Part shown: piece by piece, positions 49,648 through 60,427 of the stretch
Numbering within the stretch: the first letter of the stretch is position 1
Layout: the number at the start of each line of letters is the position of its first letter
NCBI GenBank assembly: GCA_963727775.1
Contig: CAVSHB010000002.1
Coordinates: forward strand, 288,001 to 352,000
From: an uncultured Nitrospiraceae bacterium
GTDB taxonomy: Bacteria; Nitrospirota; Thermodesulfovibrionia; Thermodesulfovibrionales; SM23-35
Length of the DNA: 64,000 nucleotides
Direction of reading: 5' to 3'
Notes under the pieces: generated by a model
What the model saw: only the letters and a program-made list of their open reading frames with translations
What the model was told of the DNA's origin: nothing
Database searches by the model: none
Position numbers and translations under genes: made by a program

Positions 49648-51052
49648 AAATGTTGCGGTCGTCGGTCTTGCGAGGAGTGGAGCAGGCGCCGCAAACCTGC
49701 TTTCTGAACTCGGCGCAAAGGTGACCGTGACAGACATAAAAACAGAGGAAGAGTTGAAGGATTTCATTCCGGGGCTTAATCCGTCCGTCAGGCTTTCTCT
49801 CGGATCACATCCTGCGGGTATTTTTATTAACGCTGATCTTGTGGTAGTAAGCCCCGGAGTCCCGCTTGATATCCGGCCTGTTCTTGACGCGCGATCGAGA
49901 GGGGTCCCGATTATAGGTGAACTTGAACTTGCATATCAAACGGTAAACAGCCTGCAGGATAGAGTGCAGATACCGTTCCTCTCCGTTACCGGAACAAACG
50001 GGAAATCAACAACTACAGCGTTGCTTGACTTCATGATGAAAAAGGCCGGATTCAGAACAATCCTCGGAGGGAATATCGGAAATGCACTGACAGAGGAAGT
50101 TTATAAGCAGAAAATATTCGGCAGGGAACAATCGGTAGATTTTATCGTTGCCGAGGTGTCGAGCTTTCAGCTTGAAACTATAGTGGAGTTCAGGCCGAAG
50201 GTTGCCGCGATAGTCAATATTACTCCCGACCACCTCGACAGGTATCATTCATCGGATGAGTACAGCAGCGCAAAGGCAAGGATGTTCGAAAACCAGAAGA
50301 AGGAAGACTCCCTGGTATTGAACTTTGATGACGCCGGAACAATGAAAGTATTTAGAGACTCGTTGAGAACTCGGAGTTCGGAGTTTCCCAAAACCTTTTT
50401 CTTCAGCAGGAAAGGAGAAGTCAACGGCATCTATTCTAAAAATGGTGTTGTTTATTGCAATTTTAAGGACTCAGAACTCATGACTCAGAACTCAGAACTT
50501 ATAAAGGCCGATGAGATAAAAATAAAAGGTGTCCATAACCTGGAGAACGCCATGGCTGCTTCAGCCATGGCTCTCCTTGCAGGCTGTCCTGTCGGGGCGG
50601 TTATAGAATCCCTGAAGGAATTCCAGGGTCTTGAGCACAGGCTCGAATTTGTCAGAGAACTGAACGGGGTTTCATATTTTAATGATTCAAAGGGAACGAA
50701 TGTCGGAGCGGTCATGAAGTCACTCGAAAGTTTTTCAAGTCCCGTTATTCTGATAGCTGGAGGCAGAGATAAGGCGGGTGACTTCTCTATATTAAAGGGA
50801 TTGGTAAAAGAAAGAGTGAAGTCAATTGTACTTATAGGAGAAGCAAGTCAAACGATCAGGAAGGCCCTTGGAGATATCTCTGATACCGTTATGGCCGTAG
50901 ATTTACGGGACGCCGTAAACAAAGCAAGAAGCATAGCGTTAAAAAGAGATATTGTTCTCCTTTCGCCTGCATGCGCCAGTTTCGATATGTTTTTAAATTT
51001 TGAGGACAGAGGGAAACAATTCAAAAAGATCGTAATGGAAATGGAACAATGA
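49628..51052 (+). CDS. murD: UDP-MurNAc-L-Ala:D-Glu ligase (TTG start)
   Basis: GLARSG, SPGV, TGTNGKSTT, E.SSFQL, DHLDRY, NDSKGTN, SPACASFD. Confidence 0.96.
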   Translation: MKEVKGKNVAVVGLARSGAGAANLLSELGAKVTVTDIKTEEELKDFIPGLNPSVRLSLGSHPAGIFINADLVVVSPGVPLDIRPVLDARSRGVPIIGELELAYQTVNSLQDRVQIPFLSVTGTNGKSTTTALLDFMMKKAGFRTILGGNIGNALTEEVYKQKIFGREQSVDFIVAEVSSFQLETIVEFRPKVAAIVNITPDHLDRYHSSDEYSSAKARMFENQKKEDSLVLNFDDAGTMKVFRDSLRTRSSEFPKTFFFSRKGEVNGIYSKNGVVYCNFKDSELMTQNSELIKADEIKIKGVHNLENAMAASAMALLAGCPVGAVIESLKEFQGLEHRLEFVRELNGVSYFNDSKGTNVGAVMKSLESFSSPVILIAGGRDKAGDFSILKGLVKERVKSIVLIGEASQTIRKALGDISDTVMAVDLRDAVNKARSIALKRDIVLLSPACASFDMFLNFEDRGKQFKKIVMEMEQ

Positions 51053-52224
51053 GGAAATACGACAAGTGGCTCTTGCTCGTGACGGCTTTGCTCATAGGAT
51101 TCGGAGCGCTCATGATATACAGCTCCACATCCGTCATTACGCCTGTCCTCGCAAAGAAAAAGATTTCGGAATTTTATTATTTTAAGCGGCATCTATTTAC
51201 AATCATCATAGGGTTCTGTTTCCTTGTCTTTGCTTACTTCAAACTGAAACCTTCTTATATGAAAAAAATTGCCGTTACCCTTCTGATCTTTTCAGGTGTG
51301 CTTCTTATACTCGTTTTTCTGCCCGGCATTGGGGTTACAGCAGGCGGCGCGAGGCGGTGGATAAGGCTGTGGCCTTCTACCTTCCAGCCGTCGGAACTCG
51401 TAAAGCTCTCTATGGTTATATTCCTTGCGAAGTATATGTCTATGCCTGATTACAAAATAGATAGCTTTGTATCATTCATAAAACCTGTCCTTATTATGGC
51501 TTTATTTCAGCTGGCCATACTGAAACAACCCGATTTCGGGGCTGCCATGAGTCTTGCGTTTCTCACGTTTGCAATGCTCTTTCTTTCGGGGATCAGGATA
51601 AGGTATCTCGCTTCCTTGCTGGTCCTTGCCGTGCCGGTAATCATAAAATTGGCCATGGAGCCTTATCGCCTGAAGAGAATAATCAGCTTTCTTGACCCAT
51701 GGAAAGATCCGCAGGGGTGCGGCTTTCAGCTGGTGCAGTCCTTTATAGCGCTCGGGAGCGGAGGGTTGACGGGAGTGGGTCTTGGAAGTTCGAAACAGAA
51801 ATTATCGTACCTCCCCGAGTCGCACACGGATTTTATATTTTCCATTATAGGTGAAGAGTTCGGGCTAATCGGGGTCTTATTTGTGATAACGCTTTTTCTC
51901 ATTTTATTCATAAAAGGGATATCCATTGCCAACAGGGCAAAGGACAGTTTTGTCTATTACCTTACTGTAGGACTTTCTATGATGATAGCTCTGCAGGCGC
52001 TTATTAACTTTGCGGTTGCAACAGGCCTGGTCCCCACAAAAGGGCTGCCCTTACCATTTGTGAGCTACGGCGGCTCTTCACTCCTTGTTAACATGACGGC
52101 GATAGGTATGCTCCTGAACATATCCAAGGGTGAAGAGAGTCAGCCGTTAGTATATGACCGCGAAATGATTATAAGGAGAAAAGCAAGGCGAAATGTATAC
52201 GGCAACAATTCAGCCGCGAGATAA
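51049..52224 (+). CDS. ftsW: SEDS peptidoglycan glycosyltransferase FtsW
   Basis: GARRW, QPSE..K, QPD.G, LPE.HTDF, SYGGSS. Confidence 0.96.
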   Translation: MRKYDKWLLLVTALLIGFGALMIYSSTSVITPVLAKKKISEFYYFKRHLFTIIIGFCFLVFAYFKLKPSYMKKIAVTLLIFSGVLLILVFLPGIGVTAGGARRWIRLWPSTFQPSELVKLSMVIFLAKYMSMPDYKIDSFVSFIKPVLIMALFQLAILKQPDFGAAMSLAFLTFAMLFLSGIRIRYLASLLVLAVPVIIKLAMEPYRLKRIISFLDPWKDPQGCGFQLVQSFIALGSGGLTGVGLGSSKQKLSYLPESHTDFIFSIIGEEFGLIGVLFVITLFLILFIKGISIANRAKDSFVYYLTVGLSMMIALQALINFAVATGLVPTKGLPLPFVSYGGSSLLVNMTAIGMLLNISKGEESQPLVYDREMIIRRKARRNVYGNNSAAR

Positions 52225-52271
52225 TCGTCGATCCATACCCGCCTGTCGGAGAGTTGGATGAAGACTTTTTC

Positions 52272-53405
52272 ATGAGGCTGATAATAGCGGGGGGTGGTAC
52301 AGGAGGGCATCTCTTTCCGGGGCTGGCGGTTGCTGAGGAGTTTAAGCACAGAGACCCTTCAGCAGAGGTAGTATTCGTCGGGACCGAACATGGAATAGAA
52401 GCGAGGGTAATCCCGCGCGAGGGATATCCGATCAAGTTTTTGAGGGCGGAAGGTTTGGTAGGGGTGTCTGTACTAAAAAAGATAAAGGCGATGATAAAGC
52501 TGTTCTTCTCTTTTGTTGAGTCATTTAATATTATTAAGACCGTTAAGCCTGATATCGTGATCGGCGTCGGCGGGTACGCGTCCGGGGCGATAATGGTTGC
52601 CGCGTTCCTTATGTCGATACCGACCATTATACTCGAACAGAATTCGGTCCCAGGCCTTACAAATAAAATTCTTGGGAAGGTCGTCAATACAATCTGCGTG
52701 ACGTACCAGGAGAGTATCTCGTTTTTCCCGAGGGACAAGACTTTTCTTGCTGGAAACCCTGTCAGGATGCAGGTGCTGAAGGGTAACATAGAGTCCGCAT
52801 ACAGGCTTTTTTCTCTTGAGAAGGGGTTGTTTACCATATTGATCTTTGGCGGCAGTTCAGGCGCAAGGAGAATAAATACGGCGTTGGTAGATGCGCTTAA
52901 CCATATGCATGACCTGAGAGCGGATATTCAATTCCTCCATCAGACAGGACCGCACGATTATGAAAATATCAGGGGAGCGTACAGGGAAAAGGGATTCAAA
53001 GGAACGATAACCCCGTTTATCTATCAAATGGGAGAAGCATATGCCGTAGCCGATTTAGTCATCTCAAGGGCAGGCGCGACGACCTTGGCAGAATTGACCG
53101 CTCTGGGGAAACCGGCAATATTAATCCCTTATCCTTTTGCCGCCGGAAGACATCAGGAAATGAACGCGAGAAAACTTCTCAAAATGGGAGCAGCGAAAAT
53201 GATACTTGACGGCGAACTGCAGGGCGAAACTTTGGCAGGCGCTTTAAGGGAATTATATCTGAACCGGACTTTAAGGTCGGAGATGCAGAGAAACAGCAAG
53301 GCGGTCGGAAGGCCGGAGGCATGTTCAAAAATAGTTGATATTGCGATGGCCCTTATTAAACAGTCGATAGTAGTCAGCTCAAAGGAACGTAAGGATAATG
53401 TTTGA
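52272..53405 (+). CDS. murG: MurG GlcNAc transferase
   Basis: GGGTGGH, GGY, EQN, GNPVR, GGS.GA, RAGA.T..E. Confidence 0.97.
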   Translation: MRLIIAGGGTGGHLFPGLAVAEEFKHRDPSAEVVFVGTEHGIEARVIPREGYPIKFLRAEGLVGVSVLKKIKAMIKLFFSFVESFNIIKTVKPDIVIGVGGYASGAIMVAAFLMSIPTIILEQNSVPGLTNKILGKVVNTICVTYQESISFFPRDKTFLAGNPVRMQVLKGNIESAYRLFSLEKGLFTILIFGGSSGARRINTALVDALNHMHDLRADIQFLHQTGPHDYENIRGAYREKGFKGTITPFIYQMGEAYAVADLVISRAGATTLAELTALGKPAILIPYPFAAGRHQEMNARKLLKMGAAKMILDGELQGETLAGALRELYLNRTLRSEMQRNSKAVGRPEACSKIVDIAMALIKQSIVVSSKERKDNV

Positions 53406-54825
53406 AAGATACAGGGTGATACATTTTGTCGGGATAGGCGGAATAGGCATGTCCGGGATTGCAGAAGTGCTCAGTAATCTCGGATACGAAGTGACGGGCT
53501 CCGATTTAAAAGTCTCGAAGACGACAGCGAGATTACAAGGTTTGGGGATAAAGGTTTACACAGGACATAAAGCGGAAAATATAGATGACGCGCATGTAGT
53601 AGTCATATCATCGGCGGTTTCAATGGATAATCCGGAGGTGATTGAAGCAAAAAGAAGATCTATTCCGGTAATACCGCGCGCAGAAATGCTCGCAGAGCTG
53701 GCAAGACTGAAATACGGGATACTCGTTGCGGGAGCTCACGGCAAAACTACGACAACGTCTTTAATATCAACAGTCCTTGCCCATGGCGGGTTCGATCCGA
53801 CTGTTGTTATAGGTGGAAGACTGAAGGCAACCGGAAGCAATGCAAGGCTCGGACAGGGAGAGTTCCTTGTGGCCGAGGCGGATGAAAGCGACGGTTCGTT
53901 CCTGAAGCTGTCTCCGACAATTGCGGTTGTCACAAATATTGACAGAGAACACATGGATTTTTTCAAGACAATGGATTCATTGAAAGATGCTTTCCTTTCT
54001 TTCATAAATAAGGTCCCATTCTATGGCGCAGCAATAGTGTGCTTTGAAAATGACCATCTGCGGGAACTTCTGCCGTATATCCACAGGAGATGCATAACCT
54101 ACGGGCTTACCAAGGACGCGCTGCTTTATGCTGAAAATATCAGAAAAGGTTTTATGTCGTCAAGCTTTGACGCGGTTTATAAAGGTAAGCACATAGGGGC
54201 TTTCGAACTCCCTGCGCCGGGAACACACAACATTCTCAACAGTCTTGCAGCTATTGGAGCGGCATTGCTTCTGAAGGTGGATATCACGGTCATTCAACAT
54301 GCGCTGGAAGGTTTTAGCGGAATACAGAGACGATTGGAGTTCAAAGGCGAGATAAACAGGGTAAGAGTTTACGATGATTATGGACATCATCCTGCAGAGA
54401 TTCAGGCAACATTAAAAGCCGTAAAAGAAGGGCTTGTCGCCGGGAATCAGTATGCGACCGGGAAACCTGAAGGCAGCGCGCGCGACAGCAAACGGTTGAT
54501 TGTTTTGTTCCAGCCCCATAGATATACGAGAACAAAAGACCTGGCTGATGATTTCTCGGTTTCATTCCATGATGCGGACATGCTGATAGTCCTGGATATT
54601 TATCCAGCCGGAGAAAAACCCATAGAAGGTGTGAATGCCGCAGCCCTGGTTGAAAGGATAAAAAAAGCAGGTCATGAATATGCGGTGTACGAGAAAAACA
54701 GGAATGAAGCAATCAATAATGTTGTCTCTTCCATCAGGGAAGGAGATATTTTCCTTACCCTCGGCGCGGGCGATGTATGGAAGGCGGGAGAAGATATATT
54801 GGATAGGTTAAAAATAAAAAGTTAA
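53398..54825 (+). CDS. murC: UDP-MurNAc:L-Ala ligase
   Basis: GIGGIGMSG, GAHGKTTT, EADESD, DDYGHHP, FQPHRY. Confidence 0.97.
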   Translation: MFERYRVIHFVGIGGIGMSGIAEVLSNLGYEVTGSDLKVSKTTARLQGLGIKVYTGHKAENIDDAHVVVISSAVSMDNPEVIEAKRRSIPVIPRAEMLAELARLKYGILVAGAHGKTTTTSLISTVLAHGGFDPTVVIGGRLKATGSNARLGQGEFLVAEADESDGSFLKLSPTIAVVTNIDREHMDFFKTMDSLKDAFLSFINKVPFYGAAIVCFENDHLRELLPYIHRRCITYGLTKDALLYAENIRKGFMSSSFDAVYKGKHIGAFELPAPGTHNILNSLAAIGAALLLKVDITVIQHALEGFSGIQRRLEFKGEINRVRVYDDYGHHPAEIQATLKAVKEGLVAGNQYATGKPEGSARDSKRLIVLFQPHRYTRTKDLADDFSVSFHDADMLIVLDIYPAGEKPIEGVNAAALVERIKKAGHEYAVYEKNRNEAINNVVSSIREGDIFLTLGAGDVWKAGEDILDRLKIKS

Positions 54826-54827
54826 AA

Positions 54828-55760
54828 ATGGAACGTCAAGAATTGAAGGACATTTTCAATGAAGTACTTATTGAAGGAGAGGCTAAATTTATGGAGCCTA
54901 TGAGCGCTCATACTTCTCTCAGGATCGGAGGACCTGCGGATATCTTTGTTATGCCCCGAACCCGTTCGTCGCTCATGAACCTCCATATGAATTGTAAAAG
55001 AAGCCGGATCCCTTTTTTCCCTTTAGGCGGCGGCACCAATGTTTTAGTCAGGGACGGCGGCATTGAGGGAGTTGTCTTGTCGTCTATGCAGTTCAGAAAC
55101 AAAGAAGCTGTGAAGGAAGACGATACGCATGTATATTTATCCGTTGACGCCGGGACAATGCTTCAGGGGCTTGTGAATTTTTCCAGGGAAAACGGGTATT
55201 CGGGAATAGAAGGACTTGCAGGTATCCCTGGAACTGTAGGCGGGGCAATCTGCGGGAATGCCGGAGCCTACGGTTATGAAATAAAGGATGTCCTTGTTTC
55301 GGTTGAGAGTATGGATTCAGAAGGCAAGATTGGGCGGGTAAGGGCGGCTGAAATTTTTTTTGGATATAGAAGCTCAGGTATTTTGCCGGGTGAATTAGTT
55401 CTAAGCGCGGAGATAAAACTCAGGAAGGATGAAAAACGCGAAGTTTCTGCAAGGGTTGATAATTTTCTGAAGATGAAACGGGAGAAACAGCCTTTACGGG
55501 AGATGTCTGCAGGATGTGTATTTAAGAACCCTTCAGGCGTGTCCGCCGGCAAGCTTGTGGATGAAGCAGGATGCAAGGGGCTGAGGACCGGAGATGTCGA
55601 GGTGAGCAGACTACATGCGAATTTTTTTATCAATAAAGGAAAGGCGAGCGCCTCTGATTTTATAAGGCTTATGGAAGAAGTCTCCCGTAGGGTTAAGGAA
55701 AAACTCGGTGTTGTACTCGAGCCGGAAATAAAGATTGTGGGGAGAGATGCGGTTAACTGA
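54828..55760 (+). CDS. murB: UDP-N-acetylenolpyruvoylglucosamine reductase
   Basis: IGGPA, GGGTN, GIPG.VGGA..GNAGA, SAG.VFKNP, HANF. Confidence 0.96.
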   Translation: MERQELKDIFNEVLIEGEAKFMEPMSAHTSLRIGGPADIFVMPRTRSSLMNLHMNCKRSRIPFFPLGGGTNVLVRDGGIEGVVLSSMQFRNKEAVKEDDTHVYLSVDAGTMLQGLVNFSRENGYSGIEGLAGIPGTVGGAICGNAGAYGYEIKDVLVSVESMDSEGKIGRVRAAEIFFGYRSSGILPGELVLSAEIKLRKDEKREVSARVDNFLKMKREKQPLREMSAGCVFKNPSGVSAGKLVDEAGCKGLRTGDVEVSRLHANFFINKGKASASDFIRLMEEVSRRVKEKLGVVLEPEIKIVGRDAVN

Positions 55761-56658
55761 TAGAAAAATAGGGGTATTGATGGGTGGTGTATCTACCGAG
55801 AGAGAAGTGTCTCTAAGGAGTGGAAGCGCAGTCTATAATGCTCTGAAAGGATTGGGCTATAACGCGGTTGCCGTAGATGTCGGCCCGGATATTTGCAGCG
55901 TGTTAAAGAGTGAAGGGATAGAAATAGCATTCCTCGCTCTCCACGGCGGATATGGAGAAGACGGTTCTATGCAGGGAATGCTTGAGGTTTTGGAGATCCC
56001 TTATACAGATTCGGGAGTGCTTGCGTCTGCCCTCGCAATGGACAAAGAAGCATCCAAAAAGATATTCCTCTATCACAATATCCCGGCGCCGCCTTTTATT
56101 GTTTTGAGCGGCGGGCGCGGAACCGGTGATTTACACTTCGGGTTCCCGTGTGTTGTAAAACCGGTGTCGGAAGGATCGAGTGTCGGGGTGAGTATTGCGA
56201 AAGATAAGGATGGTTTTGAGAATGCGCTGAAAGAAGCCTATGTCCACGGATCAAGGATTATCGTTGAGAAATATATTGATGGTAAAGAGATTCACATCGG
56301 AATTCTCAACGGCAAGGTGTTGGGAGGGGTTGAAGTAAGACCATCTCTTGAATTTTACAATTATAAAGCTAAATACACGTCAGGACTTACGGAATATATA
56401 CTGCCTCCGGAAATAGACCGTGAAATTTATGACAAAGTGAAGATAACGGCCCTGTCTGCTCATAATGCCTTGGGGTGCAAAGGCGCTACAAGGGTTGATC
56501 TAAGAATAGATGCAGCGGGGAATCCATATGTGCTTGAGGTGAACACTATCCCCGGCATGACGGAAACAAGCTTGTTGCCCAAGATTGCGAAGCTTGCAGG
56601 TTTTGACTTCCCGGGCTTGATAGCAGAGATCCTCAAAGGTGTTATTGATGAAGGCTAA
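55747..56658 (+). CDS. ddl: D-alanine-D-alanine ligase
   Basis: [36 protein letters not shown]. Confidence 0.96.
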   Translation: MRLTDRKIGVLMGGVSTEREVSLRSGSAVYNALKGLGYNAVAVDVGPDICSVLKSEGIEIAFLALHGGYGEDGSMQGMLEVLEIPYTDSGVLASALAMDKEASKKIFLYHNIPAPPFIVLSGGRGTGDLHFGFPCVVKPVSEGSSVGVSIAKDKDGFENALKEAYVHGSRIIVEKYIDGKEIHIGILNGKVLGGVEVRPSLEFYNYKAKYTSGLTEYILPPEIDREIYDKVKITALSAHNALGCKGATRVDLRIDAAGNPYVLEVNTIPGMTETSLLPKIAKLAGFDFPGLIAEILKGVIDEG

Positions 56659-57412
56659 TAAAGTGAGAAAAACCGGCCAAAGGAAAAATCTGTTCAGCAT
56701 AGTCTGTAATATTGCTGTCCCGGTATTTATCTTTACGGGCGCGATTATTATTTATTTCTATATTTATTCCCACCCTCTGGAAGTGTTTTGCCCGCTGAAA
56801 CAGATTGCTTTTGCCGGGAACAAGCATTTGACGGATGAGGAGTTGAAAGCGATTTGCGGAGTCAACATGCGTGAAAGTCTGGTGACGATTTCAAATAATA
56901 AAATCAGCCGGCAGTTGCTTAAATCTCCATGGGTAAAGTCTGTAAGCCTCAGGAAGGAATTTCCCGGCACATTGTCTGTGACAATAAAGGAGGCTGAACC
57001 GTTTGCTTTGCTTGATATGAACAAACACCTCTTTATAATAGACGAGAACGGGAGTTTGCTTGAAGAGCTCAAAGGGGATGCGATACCTTTCCTGCCCATA
57101 ATAACAGGGGATCCGTTCAAAGAAAAGGAGGGTTTCTCCGAGGCACTCAACCTTGTAAAACTGATGGATGCCAAAGGGTTTCCTTCGGAGAGGGACCATA
57201 TCGGGATAACCGCGCATAAACCGCATGAACTCAGCGTGGATATGGACGGGATAGTTGTAAAAATAGGCGCGGGCAGGCATGAAGAAAAACTCGAAAAGCT
57301 GATACGACTGGAAGAGGACATAAAGAGTATGCATATCCCGGTTGACTATATTGATTTAAGGTTCGAGAACAAGGCGATTGTGAAACCTGTAGCCGAGAAG
57401 GTGATTAAATAA
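56648..57412 (+). CDS. ftsQ: Cell division protein FtsQ
   Basis: TM + POTRA (PWV..V...K.FP), YIDLRF. Confidence 0.9.
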   Translation: MKANKVRKTGQRKNLFSIVCNIAVPVFIFTGAIIIYFYIYSHPLEVFCPLKQIAFAGNKHLTDEELKAICGVNMRESLVTISNNKISRQLLKSPWVKSVSLRKEFPGTLSVTIKEAEPFALLDMNKHLFIIDENGSLLEELKGDAIPFLPIITGDPFKEKEGFSEALNLVKLMDAKGFPSERDHIGITAHKPHELSVDMDGIVVKIGAGRHEEKLEKLIRLEEDIKSMHIPVDYIDLRFENKAIVKPVAEKVIK

Positions 57413-58635
57413 TGACACATCGAGACCATCGTGGAAATATTATTGTGGGGCTTGACATAGGGACGACAAAGATTTGCGCTGTTGTCGGCGAAGTTGTCAA
57501 TGGCGGGCTGGAATTCCGAGGTGTCAGCACTTCTCCGTCAACAGGCCTCAGAAAGGGGATGGTAGTAAATATCGACGCGACGGTCGAATCAATAAAGAAC
57601 GCCGTGAAGACAGCGGAGTCTTTAACCGGGGTCGAAATAAATACAGTATATGTAGGTATTTCAGGTGGGCATATAAAAGGCTTTAACAGTTACGGAGCTG
57701 TCGGGATAAAAGGCAAAGAAGTTACGTATGCTGATATAGATCGCGTGATCGATTCTGCAAGCGCGGTTTATGTACCGCTTGACAGGGAGGTGCTCCATGT
57801 GATCCCGGCCGGATATACGCTCGACGGGCAGAACGGCATCAAAGACCCTATCGGGATGGTGGGGGTTAGGCTTGAGGCAAATGTTTATATACTGACGGGC
57901 GCTGTCACTTCATTACAGAACCTCATGAAGTGCTGTGAGAAGGCCGATATCGAGGTTATCGATATCGTATTTGAGCCCTTGGCTTCCGCGGAAGCGATAT
58001 TAACCGATGATGAAAAAGATCTCGGGGTTGCTGTTGTGGACATCGGAGGCGGCACAACGGATATTATCATTTATAAAGATGGCTGCCTTAGACATTCATC
58101 CGTCCTTGCCATCGGCGGGAATCATTTTACAAATGATATCGCCGTCGGTCTAAGAATTTCCGTGGCCGAAGCCGAACGGATAAAAAAGAGTTTCGGTTCC
58201 TCAATAGTAAATATGGTTCCCGACTCTGAAGAAATTGAGATTGTCCAGGCGGAACAGGGCAGGAATATTTTGCGCAGGCACTTATCCGAGATTATCCAAC
58301 CGAGGACGGAGGAACTGCTTGATTTAATAAAAAAAGAACTGCTTTCCTGCTCAGGATATGAAATGGCATCGGCGGGCGTTGTCCTTACGGGGGGCGGGTC
58401 TTTGCTCGATGGTCTCGACAGGATGGCGGAGATAGTCCTGGGGCTGCCCATTAAGGCTGGGTTGCCGGGATGCGTTGCAGGATGCGAAGAGATTATAAAC
58501 AACCCTATATTCGCAACCGGCGCAGGTCTTGTCCTTTACGGATTTAATAGCGAATCAGACAGGGTGATCTGCCCTGATACTTTTACAGGAATATTCGGGA
58601 AGATGAAGGATTTGGTTAAAGGAATTTTGAGATAA
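57412..58635 (+). CDS. ftsA: Cell division protein FtsA
   Basis: GLDIGTTK, DIGGGTT, VLTGGG, amphipathic C-terminus. Confidence 0.97.
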   Translation: MTHRDHRGNIIVGLDIGTTKICAVVGEVVNGGLEFRGVSTSPSTGLRKGMVVNIDATVESIKNAVKTAESLTGVEINTVYVGISGGHIKGFNSYGAVGIKGKEVTYADIDRVIDSASAVYVPLDREVLHVIPAGYTLDGQNGIKDPIGMVGVRLEANVYILTGAVTSLQNLMKCCEKADIEVIDIVFEPLASAEAILTDDEKDLGVAVVDIGGGTTDIIIYKDGCLRHSSVLAIGGNHFTNDIAVGLRISVAEAERIKKSFGSSIVNMVPDSEEIEIVQAEQGRNILRRHLSEIIQPRTEELLDLIKKELLSCSGYEMASAGVVLTGGGSLLDGLDRMAEIVLGLPIKAGLPGCVAGCEEIINNPIFATGAGLVLYGFNSESDRVICPDTFTGIFGKMKDLVKGILR

Positions 58636-58647
58636 AAAAAGGAGGGT

Positions 58648-59820
58648 ATGATTATGTTCGAGATCGAAGAGGTAAGGGGACAGAAGGCAAAGATCAAAGT
58701 AGTCGGGGTCGGTGGGGCCGGCGGGAATGCGATAAACAACATGATAGCGTCGAACCTCCACGGAGTTGAATTCATCGCGGTCAACACCGATATGCAGGCA
58801 TTGGAAACCTCTCTGGCGTCCGTTAAAGTCCAGATCGGGGCTAATCTTACAAGAGGTCTCGGGGCAGGGTCGAACCCCCAGATCGGAAGGGAGGCGGCCC
58901 TTGAGGATCCCTCCGTGATCGCTGAGCATCTTGAGGGATCCGACATGGTATTTATAACCGCCGGCATGGGTGGCGGCACGGGGACAGGCGCGGCACCTGT
59001 GATTGCGGGTATTGCAAAGGAACTCGGAGCTATAACGGTTGCGGTTATCACAAAACCGTTTTTCTACGAAGGAAAGATCAGGTACATGAACGCGGAGGAC
59101 GGGGTAAAAGAGCTGAAGAAAAATGTGGATACCCTGATCGTTATTCCGAATGACAAGATCGGACTTGTAGTCGATAAAGGAACTCCTCTGCTCAAATCCT
59201 TTGCCGTAGCCAATGACGTCCTGAAACAGGCGGTACAGGGGATATCGGACATTATCCTGATTCCGGGACTTATCAATGTCGACTTTGCAGATGTTAAGAC
59301 CATTATACAGGACAAAGGGCGCGGAGTTATGGGGTCAGGTGTCGGCAGAGGAGAAGGCGGTGCGATTGATGCGGCAAAAAAGGCCATATCAAATCCGTTG
59401 CTCGAAGAGTCCTCGATTGAAGGGGCAAAAGGCATTCTCGTCAATATTACGGGAGGGCTTGAACTTCCGCTCAACGACGTTAAGGATGCTGTTTCTTATA
59501 TATATGATTCTTCACATGAGGAAGTACACCTCATATTTGGCGCGGTTATAGACCCTGATATCGGAGACGAAGTCAGGGTTACGGTAATCGCAACGGGCTT
59601 TGACGGTCAGAAAGAGAAGGTAGATCTTCCCCAGATTAAAAAGTGGACTCCCGTTAAGGAGCCATTGGCTTACAGGGGTTCCGACAGGGTTTTGTCAAAG
59701 AGTCTTAAGTCCGGCTACGGGCTGGACCTTGTTGTAACGGATATCATGTCATCATATGAAGAACATATTGATGTGCCTACCTTTATGAGGAAGGCGCCTC
59801 AACCCCAAAAAGACATATAA
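58648..59820 (+). CDS. ftsZ: Cell division protein FtsZ
   Basis: GVGGAGGN, GGGTGTG, N.DFAD, C-terminal DVPTFMR. Confidence 0.98.
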   Translation: MIMFEIEEVRGQKAKIKVVGVGGAGGNAINNMIASNLHGVEFIAVNTDMQALETSLASVKVQIGANLTRGLGAGSNPQIGREAALEDPSVIAEHLEGSDMVFITAGMGGGTGTGAAPVIAGIAKELGAITVAVITKPFFYEGKIRYMNAEDGVKELKKNVDTLIVIPNDKIGLVVDKGTPLLKSFAVANDVLKQAVQGISDIILIPGLINVDFADVKTIIQDKGRGVMGSGVGRGEGGAIDAAKKAISNPLLEESSIEGAKGILVNITGGLELPLNDVKDAVSYIYDSSHEEVHLIFGAVIDPDIGDEVRVTVIATGFDGQKEKVDLPQIKKWTPVKEPLAYRGSDRVLSKSLKSGYGLDLVVTDIMSSYEEHIDVPTFMRKAPQPQKDI

Positions 59821-59835
59821 GTTTCCCTCCCACAA

Positions 59836-59859
59836 GGGGTCTCCTCCCCCGGAGACCCC
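59836..59859 (+). terminator. GC hairpin after ftsZ, possible terminator
   Basis: GGGGTCTCC-loop-GGAGACCCC; U-tract is weak. Confidence 0.5.
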
Positions 59860-59918
59860 CCCCCATATTTTAATTGCATTATTCAGCATAATTTTGCAAG
59901 ATGTAATATAAGAATAAA

Positions 59919-60356
59919 ATGTTAAAGAACCAGATTAAATATATTCAAAATTTATTTTATGACCTGCTGAATGATTACGGACAGGTTTATGTGGCCGTAA
60001 GGTATTCTGAAAATTCAGCTGTAGGAAACCGGGGCTTCACAGAGGAGGAGAAAAAGAAAGGTCTTGTCCTGGTCTTTAACCGTAGAAATCATAATAACCT
60101 TGTGTGGAATGAAGATGGAAGTATTACGGCTACGCTGGGCTTTGGGGTCGGCAACAGGTCTGAAAAATGTTTTCTCCACTATGATGACATAGTGTCCGTA
60201 TTTTCTCCGGATGCGAGAATTAAGCTTGACAGGTGGGACATCTGGAGCGCGAAAGACCAAACTCAAACCGCTGAAATATCCGGCGTGCCTGAAGCCGGAG
60301 AATCCACCGATAAAAAAATAGTGTCCCTCGACAGTTTCAGAAAAACAAAAAACTGA
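59919..60356 (+). CDS. Hypothetical protein, SspB-like adaptor candidate
   Basis: LVL.F..L.W..I.ATL.FG..C...D.I..VFS pattern and flexible tail ending VSLDSFRK. Confidence 0.5.
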   Translation: MLKNQIKYIQNLFYDLLNDYGQVYVAVRYSENSAVGNRGFTEEEKKKGLVLVFNRRNHNNLVWNEDGSITATLGFGVGNRSEKCFLHYDDIVSVFSPDARIKLDRWDIWSAKDQTQTAEISGVPEAGESTDKKIVSLDSFRKTKN

Positions 60357-60427
60357 TTCTATCTCTTGACTGCGACATTCCCGATCCCCGAAGGTTTCCG
60401 TCCATGAACAGGTCCCTACATCGATCA

